From: Octopus vulgaris
Taxonomy: Eukaryota
DNA length: 64,000 nt
NCBI GenBank assembly: GCA_951406725.2
Contig: OX597817.1
Span: 171,926,001-171,990,000, forward strand
Direction of reading: 5' to 3'
How positions within the stretch are numbered: position 1 is the first letter of the stretch; every line of letters begins with the position of its first letter. A program made the position numbers and the translations under genes. The notes under the pieces are model-generated. The model did not search any database, was not told the DNA's origin, and worked only from the letters and a program-made list of their open reading frames with translations. Shown piece after piece: positions 31,620 through 47,872 of the stretch.

Positions 31620-32560
31620 TTATTCTATGAATCTGCCTTCAGCTTCGATAACTGTTTCAATGCAGGACCGAAAACATTGATATGCCTGCACTAAGTATTC
31701 CTTATTCACTTCGGAAATCACCTGGACAATAGCGGCCTTCGGTGAAGCTATAATATAGTGAGGATGTTGGTTAGTTTTTCTTCCCACAACACTCCAAACA
31801 TCGTAGTCTAGATTTTAAATTTGGCGAATCTGAGTTCGCGAGTTTGGTGTTACATGATCGTAAAAATTGCCAATCATCCGTTCGTTGATTGCCTGAGTTT
31901 TGTGAGAACGTGCTGAGTCCTATTGAAACATGTATGGCTTTCCACTGCGTACTTCATCTATCTAAGGTTTAACAACTGTCTCCAGTACCTAAACCTATTC
32001 AGTAGCGTTAAATTTAAATGTGAGGTGATATAACATGGCCTTCGTAACTCACCATTCCTAAACTATCACAGTCGTTGGCGGTTTACTGTGCATCACTTTG
32101 GGGACATCAGGAGGATCTGCACATAACCATCTTTTGTCCTTCCTTTTGGATGGAGTATTTTGCTCTTGGTCAAAGTTTTTTCCCAATAGAGAAGAACCAA
32201 AGCATGCAATGTCTCTAAGAGTTTTTAACCTTAAGTAACCGCTTGGCACGGATCAATCAGTTTTCCTGTATCTTTGCAGACATGAATTATCACATATAAC
32301 TCAGTATATACGACTTATATTGAATGTTCTCGTACACCACAGTTCTGACAGTTCACTCCGACACCTGAAGTACTTTGCCCAGGGACCTCACCAATTTTCC
32401 TTGATCATCATCGTTGAGGCTTTGAATTCGTTAGATAAATTGCGGTGTCCTTTGACAGCGCTTGGAGTTTGTGGTTATCTGAATTGGTTGATGTATGCAA
32501 TTTTTTTGAGAATAAACTTATCCGTCGCCCATCATGTTTTGTTTAGTAATCCGAGTTCAC
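31620..32560 (-). mobile_element. Degraded Tc1/mariner-superfamily transposase (maT/DD37D-like)
   Basis: KNFDQ...RWLCADPPDVPKVMHSK, LETVVKP, PYMFQ*DSA and SP.L....DVWSVV...TNQHPH remnants with stops and frameshifts. Confidence 0.8.
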
Positions 32561-32879
32561 GCTTTTACCTAAATAACACAACTAGCAAAAATGATTTTAA
32601 ACATTATTATTTTAAGCGCAAATCACAAGAGCAACAACAATAGAATACGGCAATGTTATTTGGCTTATTTACGAACTAAACACAGACTTCTGAACTAAAC
32701 TACTTCATTAACAATACCGTAATTAAAAAGTATACAATACAGTTCATTAAATCCAAAATTGTTGAGGGAAAAAAATAGTTCTTCCTCACCCTCAAAATTT
32801 GAGTCTACTTCAAAATTACTTCTTAACCTCAGGCTTTTTAAAACTGAAAAACAATATAATAGCGTATATATATATAGAT

Positions 32880-33585
32880 TTTGGCACAAGGCTAGCAAGT
32901 TCGGGATATGAGGCTAGTCGATCACGGCGACACCATTGCTTGACTGGAACTTATCGTCTGTTTTTACGTTTTAGTTCAAAATGCCGCAGAGGTCGACTAA
33001 GCATTGGGGTCGATGTAAACGACTAGCCCTTATCCCGAACCTGCTGACCTTGAGCCAAAATTTGAAACCAATATTACGTTATTGTCTGCATTTCGTCCGT
33101 CTTTACATTCTGAGTTCAAATTCTGCCGAGGTCGAATTTACTTTCCTACTTTCATGTATGCACCAGCCAAGTGTTGGGGGTTGATGTAATTGACTCATCC
33201 ACTCCCTCGAAATTTAAAACCAATATTCACGTCATTGTGTAAAGCGGCGAGCTGGCAGAATCGTTAGCACGCCGGTAAACTGCTTAGCGGCATTTTTGTC
33301 CGTCTTTACGTTCTGAGTTCAAATACCGCCGCGGTCGACTTTATTTTTTATATTTTCGGGGTTGATAAATTAAGTACCAATGAAACACTGGGGTCCATGT
33401 AATCGACTTGTCGCCTCCCCCAAAATTTCAGGTTTTGTGCCTCCAGTAGAAAGGAATATTATGTTGTTATGTAAGATGGCGATTTATGTAACTGGAACTT
33501 ATTTTATCGACCTCGAAAGAGTGAGAAGCAAAGTCGACCCTAGCAGGATTTGAACTCAGAACGTAAAGACGGACGAAATGCAGCT
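32880..33585. mobile_element. Cluster of family A SINE copies and fragments in both orientations
   Basis: Near-complete plus copy 33243-33455, fragments 32880-33220, minus fragment 33485-33585. Confidence 0.7.
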
Positions 33586-34574
33586 TGCCGCTTTGTTTGT
33601 TTGGTTGGTTTTATATACAAAAATAGATATTCTTCGATATGTTGCTGTTGTTTTGTACCAGATCAGTCTTCATTGTATAGATCTATGTTTTAAAGGTTTC
33701 CAAAGGTTTCCAAAGGTTTTCCAACAGCGATCATCCCGTATATTTTATATCTAGCTCATGTATCTAGAATTACTAAAAAATTGTTATTTTCAAATAAAAC
33801 ACCAGAAATTGCTATGCAGACAAGTGTTTTTCTTTTAAATACATGTTATTGTTGCTTTGTATAGTCCAAGATCGGTTTTGATCGAATAAAACTATGTACC
33901 AAAAGTTTTCCATTGGCGACCATTCCGTCAGTTTTCTTTCTCGATAATGTATATGCCTAAAACTGTTATTAAAACTACATGTTAGCGTTGCTGTTGAGAT
34001 GATATATTTTCCATCGTGTCCTTGATTTTCTTTTTTCAGGGTGGTAAAATATGAAAGGAGAGAATGATGGCTGCTATTTCTAGCTGGTCGAGGGAATCTC
34101 TAGTGAAGAAATAAAACATTAGATTAGCATTTCGCTTTTCCTGTGACATTTGGTTGGTCTTGTATTGCAAGTTTCTCTTGAAATGGAAACATTAGCGCGA
34201 CATCTCTCTTTCTTTCTCCCTCTCTCTCTCTCTCTCATTCACTCGCTCTCGATGTTGCTTGGCGATGTTAAACGTTGTGAAAATTGCGATGAATACAGAC
34301 AACTTCCGTATATTTATTTAACCAACCTTCGAAGCCTATATCGAATTATGGCACTGTTTACCAGATGATTATTTACGGACTAACAATTGAAAACCATGCT
34401 GGAAATATGAAAAGATTTATTGATAGATTAAACGTATAAATGTCTGAGATGAGTTGCTGTTAATAAGATTATAATTTTTCAGACTATTAACCTCATCTTT
34501 AAAGAGGGGGGAAATTGTTTTACAATATTTAAATCTAGATGACGTTTCGGTCAGTTTCATATCCTATCGTCACC

Positions 34575-35350
34575 AGTTGCCTTATCCCCGGATGTGTTTA
34601 TCGTACCACACGATGCTTTATTTCTGGATGTATGTATAACACCAGACTATGCCTTATTTCTGGATGTGTACATAGTACCAGAATATGCCTTATTTAGGAA
34701 GGCGGAGAGCTGGCAGAATCGTTAGCACACCGGGTGAAATGCTTAGCGGTATTTCGTCTGAGTTCAAATTCCGAGTTCAAATTCCGAGTTCAAATTCCGC
34801 CGAGGTCGACTTTGCCGTTCATCCTTTCGGGGTCGATAAATTAAGTACCAGTTACGCACTGGGGTCGATATAATCGATTTAATCCGTTTGTCTGTCCTTG
34901 TTTATCCTCTCTGTGTTAACCCCTTGTGGGCAAATAAAGAAATAAGAATATGCCTTATTCATGGATGTGAGCACAGTAACAGGACAATACATTATTTCTG
35001 GATGTGTGCATAGTACCAGCCTATGCCTTATTCCTGTATGTGTACAAAGCAGTATATAATAACTTATTTCCGGGTTTGTGTATCGTACCATACGCTGCCA
35101 CATTCGTGGATGTATGCATTGTATCTAGCGTTGCCTTATTCCTCTGTGTGTGTGTAAACTATCATTCGGCGCATATCCCTAGACGTGTGCACAGTACCAG
35201 ATGTGTGTATCGTACCAAATGAAGCCTTGTTCTTGGGTGTGTGCATAGTACCATAATGTGTATATCCTTGGATGTTTGCATAGTACTAAGCTATATCATC
35301 TTCCGTATTCCTGGATATGTGCGCAGTACCAGATGTATGCATAGTACCAG
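34575..35350. repeat. Degenerate ~34-bp minisatellite
   Basis: Approximate unit tatgccttatttctggatgtgtgcatagtaccaga; interrupted by a SINE. Confidence 0.75.
34699..34946 (+). mobile_element. SINE family A with triplicated B-box, inserted into a minisatellite
   Basis: (gagttcaaattcc)x3; gaatatgccttatt on both sides. Confidence 0.85.
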
Positions 35351-35686
35351 GTTATTTCAGCTAAAGGCGATTGAATCTTTTGGTTCCCAAGCATGCTTTA
35401 TACGTTGTTGTTGACCCAGATTAGACTTAAGCTTAAAGGCAGTCGGGACTGTCCTGTATTCTATCCAATGTGTCCATCCTTTTAAAAAACAAAAACGTCA
35501 ACAGATATTGTGATCCTACTGCTTGCCAGACAAGAGGCCAGATAAAAGCTCTTTTACTCCATCTCGAGCTATTACTTTTAATTGGACTATATCAAGACAT
35601 GTGTGAATAATTTCTAATCTTTTACGTATGCAATTTTTTTCATTTAATGATTCTATGATGCTTTCATTTTCGTACAAAGTCTAATA

Positions 35687-36261
35687 TAGGGATCGGCGAA
35701 CCCGGCTAAATTACCCAAAGTGGGGTAAAAATGAAATTCTTGCGGGTAATGAGGACTCATTTGACATAAATATAATTATATATAAAACGTGTTCCTTGTT
35801 ACAACAGAAATTTTTATTCTGGCATGAGGAGGTAGTCAAAAAGTTACTGCCTTCTGCAATAACCTACTTTTGCAAACAAAAATTTTCCACTTTAATAAAT
35901 ATAAGAAACAAAGCTGAGTAATTGACTGGATCCCGAAGACTGTATCCAAATTGCTCTGGCGTCAAAATGCCCCAATTTTGGTGTAATTGTAACAAAGATA
36001 AAACAACGTCTTTCTCCAAAACCCGAAGTCAGAAAAATTTCTAGAAAAATCCTTTTGTTTCATAATGAAAATATTAATTTATTTTATCGCATTTGTTTTA
36101 TACTCTATATATTTATACTTGTATTCTCCATATAAATAGGTTCAATAAACCTTTTGAATTCTAGGAACCTATGATTTTTTTTCTTTCAAATCAAGGGATT
36201 AACATTGGTGTAAATAAATATATTTTGGGGTAACTGGTTTTTAAAAATTCCCCGATCCCTG
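35687..36261. mobile_element. hAT-type non-autonomous element (MITE), 575 bp
   Basis: TIRs TAGGGATCGGCGAA / TTCCCCGATCCCTG; perfect 8-bp TSD GTCTAATA at 35679-35686 and 36262-36269. Confidence 0.9.
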
Positions 36262-36579
36262 GTCTAATATATGAACACGTGGTGTGCTCTGGTGGCCAGT
36301 TATTGTAAGGGAGATAATCATCTCTAGATAAATCTTGGCGGCATTAGGAGTTTAGATTTTCAATTGAAGAACAAGAAAGAAGTGTATCTTATCTTTTATT
36401 TGTTTCGATCACTGGACTGCGGCCAGGCTGGGGGTAAGACTTGAAAGGTCTAGTCAAACAAATCAACCCCTGTATTTATAATTTTTTTGTTTGTTTGAAG
36501 CCTGGTACTTATTATTATGTCGGTTGTTTTGCCGAACCACTAAGTTCTCAAGCGTTAGCGGTGGACATACATACATACA

Positions 36580-36642
<63 letters not shown>

Positions 36643-36649
<7 letters not shown>

Positions 36650-36847
36650 TAAAAAAAATGGAGTTAACGTAGGTGTAATCAAATATTTTTACTTTCGACA
36701 CATGTTTCGAAAATTCCACTGATACTATTCAAAAGAATAAATGGTATAAACTATTTTTTTGAATAGTATCAGTGGAATTTTCGAAACATGTGTCGAAAGT
36801 AAAAATATTTGATTACACCTGCCTTAACTCTATTTTTTTATTCATAT
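36643..36847. repeat. ~95-bp-arm fold-back palindrome next to (TA)n
   Basis: aggtgtaatcaaatatttttactttcgacacatgtttcgaaaattccactgatactattc and its exact reverse complement. Confidence 0.92.
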
Positions 36848-36992
36848 TATTCAAAATATTCAACGTAAACACGAAGTTTCTACTTTTATAAACAAGGAGT
36901 TACAACACCTTTACTTGTGAGATTTTTGCTGCCCTGGTAACTATATTTTTTCCGTGTTAATTGTTAACAAGGTAAAAATACACTCTTCTATT

Positions 36993-37530
<538 letters not shown>

Positions 37531-38196
37531 AGACAAACCAAGAACAGGGACTAACTAACATTAAAAAAATATATTCTTAATTACATTCAGGGTCAAGGTT
37601 AGAATCTCAAAATTAATTAAATTTACTTGTTTAAAAGTTCAACATAGAATTGAGGTAAGAACACGAGAAACTGAACTGAAAAGACAAAATTAATATTTAA
37701 CCTGGAATTGAAATACAAATTTCAGTGAAAATTTTATTTTCTCAAAAAAAATAAAAATGATGAAATTGTAATTAGATTTTGTCTCAATTAAATATAAAAT
37801 TCTCTTTACAATGAATTTCAATTCTTGTTTGAAATAAATATTTCTTTCATATATATATATATATAGTTGCGCTTCCCCACCACTTGAAAACTGGTGTTGG
37901 TTTGTTAACGTCCCCATAACAGCAGTTCGGCATTACAGACGATAAGTACCAAGATTAAAAATGGAAAAGAAAATCCTGGAATCAATTTCTGCGGCTAAAA
38001 GCTATCAAAGGCGGTGCTCCAGCCTCGCCGCAATCCAATAACTGAAGCAACACTAATAATAAATAAAAAACATAAAAATAAAGAAGCTTTTGGTGGTTTT
38101 GTAGATATTTCAAAATTATGATGCTATGATGCTAGGTGTTTCCATTATGTTGTCCAACACCTGTATATACAAACATATATACATACATACATACAT

Positions 38197-38231
<35 letters not shown>

Positions 38232-38393
38232 TATATATATATGTATATATATATATTAGACGGGGAAAATTTACAGTTTACAAGGAATAAAGTTCATAGT
38301 TTATAAGTAATAAAATTGAAGAATAAAGTAATAGATTAGAAGACTAAAGAGTAATAGTAGTTAGAATATTTCAGTCTAAAATATTCATACCCT

Positions 38394-38469
38394 GTCTCTG
38401 ATGATGGAATACCCTGTGCATGGACATGCTAACCAACCACTTGGGCTATCCAAGAAACAGCTGTAAGAC
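38394..38469 (+). ncRNA. Type I hammerhead ribozyme motif (Penelope-like-element style)
   Basis: Helix I GTCT/AGAC; core CTGATGA (38398-38404); extended helix II TGGA..CCC..GTG / CAC..GGG..TCCA; one extra A, then GAAA (38454-38457); palindromic helix III ACAGCTGT; cleavage triplet GUA (38463-38465). Confidence 0.75.
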
Positions 38470-38693
38470 TTCAAATTCACCTTGCCCTAGTTAAATTATT
38501 CTAAATGACTTGAGATACTCGTTCTGCCTTGGTTTTGATTTTTTCTCCAATATAATATATACATGCTAAAACGGAACCCTAATCCGATTCCCTAGATCCA
38601 GCGTTAGCTGGGAGCTTGGAACCTAATGGTCAACCAACTATAACACTTACCCAGCGTATCCGTTAAGATCGCAAGTGAACTAAACCCCTCATA

Positions 38694-38762
<69 letters not shown>

Positions 38763-38829
38763 ATCGCTATATATATATATATTACTTAAAACTGATTCCT
38801 ACAAAATGTGCTAAGTGGCCTTTTCTTTC

Positions 38830-38972
38830 GTTTGTGTGGTAAGAAACTTGCTTCCCAATCACATGGTTCCGGGTTCAGTCCCACTTCGTGGCACTTTGAG
38901 AAAGTGTCTTCTTCTATAACCTCGGGCCGACCAAAGCCTTGTGATAGGACTTGGTAGACGGAAACTGGAAGA
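38830..38972 (+). mobile_element. SINE family B, 5' part (further fragments at about 36388-36545, 37875-38050, 39620-39787, 43262-43420 and 45690-45890)
   Basis: tgtgtggtaagaaacttgcttcccaatcacatggttccgggttcagtccc. Confidence 0.75.
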
Positions 38973-39104
38973 AACATATAACTAGATCACAAAAAGTACA
39001 AAAATGAATAAACAATATATAATATGTAATATGTAATATTATTTATTCATTTTTATACATTTTGTGATCTAGTCATATGTTTTAAAAAATATTCTATTTT
39101 ATAT

Positions 39105-39598
<494 letters not shown>

Positions 39599-39784
39599 TG
39601 TATTATTATTATTATATATACATACACGACGGACTTCTTCCAGTTTCTGTCTACAAAATCCATTCACGAGGCTTTGAACGGCCCGGTGTTGTATTAGAAG
39701 ACACTTGTCCAAGGTGTCACTCTTCGGGACTGAACCCGGAACCATATGGTTGGAAACAAACTTCTTACCACAGTCATACCTGCG

Positions 39785-39818
<34 letters not shown>

Positions 39819-40633
39819 TGGATGGAGAGAGAGAGAGGAGAGAGAGACACACACACTCAGAGCTTAAGTGTTAGATTTTACTCCTCCTTATTCTGACTCT
39901 CTGTCAGTGTCATTTTCTGTAGTCCCTCGTCTTCCTTTCTCTTTCTCTCTCTTCTCGCTTGCTCTTTTACTGCTTAACCCCCTCTCTTTCAAATGTCCAC
40001 CTCTACGCACGCACACACATCTATAAAATATGTCTTTATGTACGTGAGAATATTTTTTTCGTTTGGGGAGAGGTTGAAAAGAAAACTGTGAGGAACCAGA
40101 CAGAGTGAAAGATTAAATGTATTTACCTATGAGTGTGTTTTTTTTTGTGTGTGTAAGCATGTGTTTCTTTTATAAGAGACAAAGAAAAATTGAGAAAAGT
40201 GGTGTTGGCGATGACAGCGGAAAGAATTTCAAATAGACATTTCTTTTAAAACGTTCTTCCTTCTTATGTGTGTGTGTGTGTTTTCAGTTGCACTCATTAA
40301 TTGTGCGTGTGTGCGAGGATTTTTACCACCAAAGGTTAAATATTTGAAGTATGTGGTTCTGACAGCTTACAAAACGAAAAGGAAGAACGTTGAAAAGAAA
40401 ATTGTGTAAATGAACATGAATGAATTAGATAAAATAACATAATCTATAAATAAATAGAAATGGAAAGAAAGTAGGAACGAAAAAAGTATAAACAAACAGA
40501 AATAATAAAGTTGCAGTCGGTACATTTGGCGTTCGTTTTTTCTTCTTCTCCTTCTTGCAAAACCCTTTCACATGTTTCCAGTTGTTTCGTATTCTGGTGA
40601 AGATATCTGAAAGTGGAAAATAAAGAAAAACAT

Positions 40634-42527
<1,894 letters not shown>

Positions 42528-43951
42528 TAAAAACGAATAAACTTGATGACACTTACGTATCTTCACACATTCACACTCACAATAAATACGTCTCTGTCAG
42601 TTTCTGCGGTAAGTATTCATTTGCTTGATCAACCAAACAGGGTAACCTATACAAGCATGGCCCTCGCCCCCGAATTTGTTTCGTCATAACTTTCAGAAAA
42701 AATGGCTATTTTTGTGAATGAAATTTTCAACCTTTCAAACGGTATAAATCATGATTATATTGGAATTTGTGAAAAGTTTTTTTCGGAGGAAGGAGAGGGG
42801 TTTTGAATAAGTCACCCGAGTCGACTTTGTTTCCTCATAACTTTCAGAAAAATTGCGATTCTTTTAATGAAAATTTCTACAAATAACTTTCTGATTGTGT
42901 AGATTCCGATTACATTGGAGCGCATTGTAAAAGATAAAGAGAAAATGGCGGACGCTTTTTGTGTATGTCATGGGAGGAAGGACTCAAAATTAAAGTCATG
43001 GCTTTGGTAGATGCTACGCATTTTATTTATTTATCTGTTCCTTTATTCATTTATTTATTTATTGGTCTGTGTTCCTGTCTTCATCGTAGGTTTTTGGAAG
43101 CTGATTTTCAAGAAATGCCTGATAAATGTATGGGATGTTTTTGCTATTTTTGCACTATGTGTGTGTGTGTGTGTGCATATATGTGTGTGTGTTATATAAA
43201 TACGTGTATATATTAATACATATCTGTGTACGTGTGTACTCATTATTTAACATACATATATTCCATTTTTACGTCCAACCAAATCTGCTCACAAAACTTT
43301 GGTCATTGGGTCAGCCCGGGGCTATAGTAAAAGACATTTGCCCAAGGTGCCGCGCAGTGAGACTGAATCCAAGCCGATATGTTTTGGAAGCAATCTTCTT
43401 GCCCACAGAGTCACACCTGAATATACATAATATGATAATATGTACACATATTGTTGTCGTTGCTGTTAATTATTCTACATAGAGTTCTGTTATTTGTTTT
43501 GAGGTTTACATTAAACAAAAGCTGTTGCGAATTATTTGTTTCTCTATGGTCTATATTTTCTGATATTTTCTTTAGTTATCTGAGCGTGAGTCTATTCCGG
43601 CTAAGTGCGAATTTGAAGAATTGCGTTTGAAGTTGTCCTTGATTTTTACGAAGTTAGCTAATCCTAAAGTGTAACTGGAATTATTTTTTGTGTGTTGCCT
43701 TGAGAGAAGTGTTGTTTGTTTTTTTTTTTTTTTATATGCGTCTCTTATTTTGCTGAATGTATCGACAGCAGTGTTTATGTTGAATTCTGAAAATATATAA
43801 ATAAAAAAATAGATGAAACATTTATTCTGGTTCTTCGTAGAACTCGTTCCACTGAACTGTTACTATTTTGAAGTCTTTATATTTTGTTTTCATTCTTCAT
43901 AAACGTGCGTGTGTGTTATGATAATTGCTTTAACCAGAGTTGGAGGACTGT

Positions 43952-44017
<66 letters not shown>

Positions 44018-44031
44018 TAAAGTATTATAAT

Positions 44032-44258
44032 AAGGCGGCGAGCTGGCAGAACCGTTAGCACGCCGGGCGAAATGCGAAATGCGTAGCCGTTACGTTCTGA
44101 GTTCAAATTCCGCCGAGGTCGACTTTGCCTTTCATCCTTTCAGGGTCGATTAAATAAGTACCAGTTACGCACTGGGGTCGATATAATCGACTTAATCTGT
44201 CTGTCTGTCCTTGTTTGTCTCCTCTGCGTTTAGCCCCTTGTGGGTAGTAAAGAAATAG
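44032..44258 (+). mobile_element. SINE family A
   Basis: Near full-length; agtattataa on both sides, a possible TSD. Confidence 0.85.
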
Positions 44259-44905
44259 ATACAGTATTATAACGGCCGAAGCATCGTAATTATAACAACC
44301 AAGATGTGGACACTAGAACGAATAGGCCAATATAGAAACATCTAATAACATAATATTATGGAGAAATTCTCGCAGTCGAAAATAAGTTAATCATTTGACA
44401 ATTTTCGAATTTCGCAACATAAATGTACAAATTATGGATTGTGCTTGGAATTAATTATATCTGTATCCGAAGGTGGCAACGTAACCCAGTCTTTTAGTTT
44501 ATTAACTAATTTCTACATCAAATATCGTATATGGCTTCTGCTGGCTTCAGTCAGGCCTTATTAATCCGATTAATTATTACGTAAATTGTACAATTCTTCG
44601 CTGATCTATATGCTTTAATTCCAGTTTATCAGAAGGTCGAATGTAACTTACAATTTATCCTCCGATGGGGACGTGGGGATCTGGCAAATGTTAACATCAA
44701 AGGGCAAATGCTATGAATATAAAGAATTAATAATACATACATACATACATACATACGTATGTATTTGGATGTATATGTACACGTGTATGTATGTATGTAT
44801 GTGTGTGTATGTATTTGTATGTATGTATGTATGTATGTATGTATGTATGTATGTATGTATGTATGTATGTATGTATGTATGTATGTATGTATGCATATAT
44901 GTATG

Positions 44906-45083
44906 TAGTGACTGTGTGGTAAGAAGCTTGCTTCCCAATCACATGGTTCCAGGTTCAGTCCCACTGCATGGCACCATGGGCAACTGTCTTCTGCTATAGC
45001 CTCGGGCTGACCAAAGTATTGTGAGTGGATTGGTAGACGGAAACTGAAAGAAGCCCATCGTATATATATGTATATATATATAT

Positions 45084-45122
<39 letters not shown>

Positions 45123-45312
45123 AATGTATTCGTGTGTCTGTGTTTGTCCCCTCACCATCGCTTGACACCGATGTTGGTGTGTTTACGTCCCCGTAACTTA
45201 GCTGTTCGGCAAAAGAGGCCGATAGTATAAGCACTAGGCTTACAAGATTTTTTCGACTAAAGGCGGTGCTCCTGCATGGCCGCGGTCAAATGACTGAAAC
45301 AAATAAGAGAAT
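44906..45312 (+). mobile_element. SINE family B
   Basis: Near full-length, with internal (TA)/(TG) microsatellite. Confidence 0.85.
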
Positions 45313-45314
45313 AA

Positions 45315-45345
<31 letters not shown>

Positions 45346-45352
45346 TGTATGT

Positions 45353-45418
<66 letters not shown>

Positions 45419-45468
45419 TAGGTTATAATATGTCTATGCAAACGTGGTTTTCTAAGAATATATGCATC

Positions 45469-45570
<102 letters not shown>

Positions 45571-45573
45571 GAG

Positions 45574-45630
<57 letters not shown>

Positions 45631-46231
45631 TAGGTTATAATATGTCTATGCAAACGTGGTTTTCTAAGAATATATGCATCTGCATGTGTTTTTGTGTTTG
45701 TAACCTGCTATCGCTTGAGAACTTGTGTTAGTCTGTTTTACGTCCATGTAAACTGGCAGTTTGACGAAAAGAGCTGATAGAATAAGTGCCAAACATGAAA
45801 AGCTAAGTATTGTGATCGATTTGATCGACTAAACCCATCAAGGCGGTGCTCCAGCATGGCTGCAGTCTAATGACTAAAACAAGTGAAAAGAACAAAGGAA
45901 TAGACTGGCATCCTTTGTTAGAATAGATTTTTTCCCCAATTCGTTTGACATTACAGAAATCAGATTAATGCAATTGTCTCATTTATTTCTGTGAATCATA
46001 GATGGATCAAGGAACTGGAAAGATTAAAAAAAACTGACTGCGAACCATAAATGTTTGCGCTTCATGTTCACTGGCAGTCTCAGAACAAATTCTACCGAAG
46101 TAAATTTTACCATTCGCAGTTCCAGTGATTCACTCTGAATCCACAATTCACTTCAATTACTGTTATTCGTGGGGTGACAGAGCTAGTTAGGTTTCATTAA
46201 AAAAAAATAATAAATCAAAGATCGTCAAGTT

Positions 46232-46579
46232 CAGTAGTTCTCAACCGGGGTCCATATGGCACCTGATGGTCCATATAAGATTTTGGGGAGTCCACGCAAC
46301 AAAATAGTAAACTGGGGATCCACACACAATAGTATTTTAAGGATTCCTTTAAAAAATGTTGCTTTAGATGCACGTAGTGGTATGTATTGCAAGAAACAGT
46401 TAGGTATTTTTCTCAAATATTTTACTTAAGGGAAAGTGTGAAAAACGAATAGAAATTTTGAAAGAAGTTTCAATAAAACTAGTTATTAAACATCGATTGA
46501 CTATGGGGGTAGGGTCCACCAGAATAAAATAGTAATCAAAGGGGTCCATAGATAAAAAAAAAATGGTTGAGAACCCCTG
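46232..46579. mobile_element. hAT (Charlie-like) MITE
   Basis: TIRs CAGTAGTTCTCAACC / GGTTGAGAACCCCTG; degenerate 8-bp flanks GTCAAGTT vs ATCTAATT. Confidence 0.75.
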
Positions 46580-46639
46580 ATCTAATTAAACTGCCGATTA
46601 GCCTTTAAACCGATTTTACATGATGAACCTAACCCATCA

Positions 46640-47872
46640 TTAGTTTCACCAACAGTGATCAGAGGCAACTGTTCTTCTGGGGGTTCAGACAGTTATATGG
46701 AGACAGAGAGAAAGTGAGCCCCGATCGCACCACTACATCTGATGTCAAACTTAGTGCGAGATATAAAATTACCAAAAAAGAAAAGGCCAAGCTGCTTGGT
46801 TCGGGTTCCAAACTTAGTGGAAAACAATAGCTTCCATTAAAAAAATGATGCAAGTTTTTGCCTCGTGCTATTGGCAAAAGTTGCACTTTGTTGAGTCAAG
46901 AAACGTAAGTTTACTAGTTAACTGTTCAATCAAGTACTATTCTTAGTGTGAAGCTGCTTTAATGTTGAAAACACTTAACTCTTGGCTCAGTTCATTTAAC
47001 CTTAAAATCGGTACTATGTTATTAAATCCACTTCTGTGAGTAGATTGTGCACAGTATAAATAATTTTTTTACTAGCTTACCTCAAAGATCTTTCATGTAT
47101 AAACTCGTCAAAAAACAATGTGGATATCCTTGGATGTCCCTCATTTTAATACCATTATCTGTCCTTTATGAATCTTTAATGGAATGCACTCTGTTGCAAG
47201 CCTGATGATACATCAATGTAGCGTGGTTTGTTCCTGTTATACTTCCACACTTCCAGACGCCCTGCAAACTTCCAAACACACTGTCTTTCCTCAGACAAAG
47301 CAATAGAAAAATAGTTTACGTACACAAATAATGATTGTATCAATATTCTGCCCTAAGAGGATAAGACGCATGAATGTTTTGTGTTTACGTTTGTGAGACA
47401 GTATGCTTAAGAGAGACAGGATGATTCTCTTAAGATTAGAAGAAGTGTGTTTGTATGGCAGAAAAAATTTGGCAGAAAAAAACAGAAAAAGCATCTAAAT
47501 AGGAATGTTAAAAAGTTGTTTCATGAAATCGTCCGAACTATCAGAAGTTGCTTTTTTAGGGTGGTTAAAAAACAAAAGACTAACAACGTTTTAAATGATG
47601 TCAAACAAAAGGCCATACATTGTAGCATGCAGACGCATTGTTCTAGATTACTTTGGTCGTACAGTTAAGGACTTCGAGGTTAGATTGGGAAGCCATTGTT
47701 ACCAAGAATGCATGGATGGAAATCACATTGAACATGTGCTAAAATTATATCAAACTTTATTGTTTCTATTACAAATGAAACTATTCTGCCACACCTTTGA
47801 TGTTTTACTTTATTAAAAATATTAAGAAGAAAAAGGCCCTGAAATATTATGCAACATTATGGACACCCTGTA
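46640..47872 (-). mobile_element. Highly degraded Tc1/mariner-like relic
   Basis: Minus-strand TA-CAGGGTGTCCATAA terminus near 47855-47872; weak PYK and LNP remnants. Confidence 0.35.

Noticed and set aside
43490-43900. Possible decayed GIY-YIG or other coding fragment
   Set aside because: No convincing motif recoverable by eye
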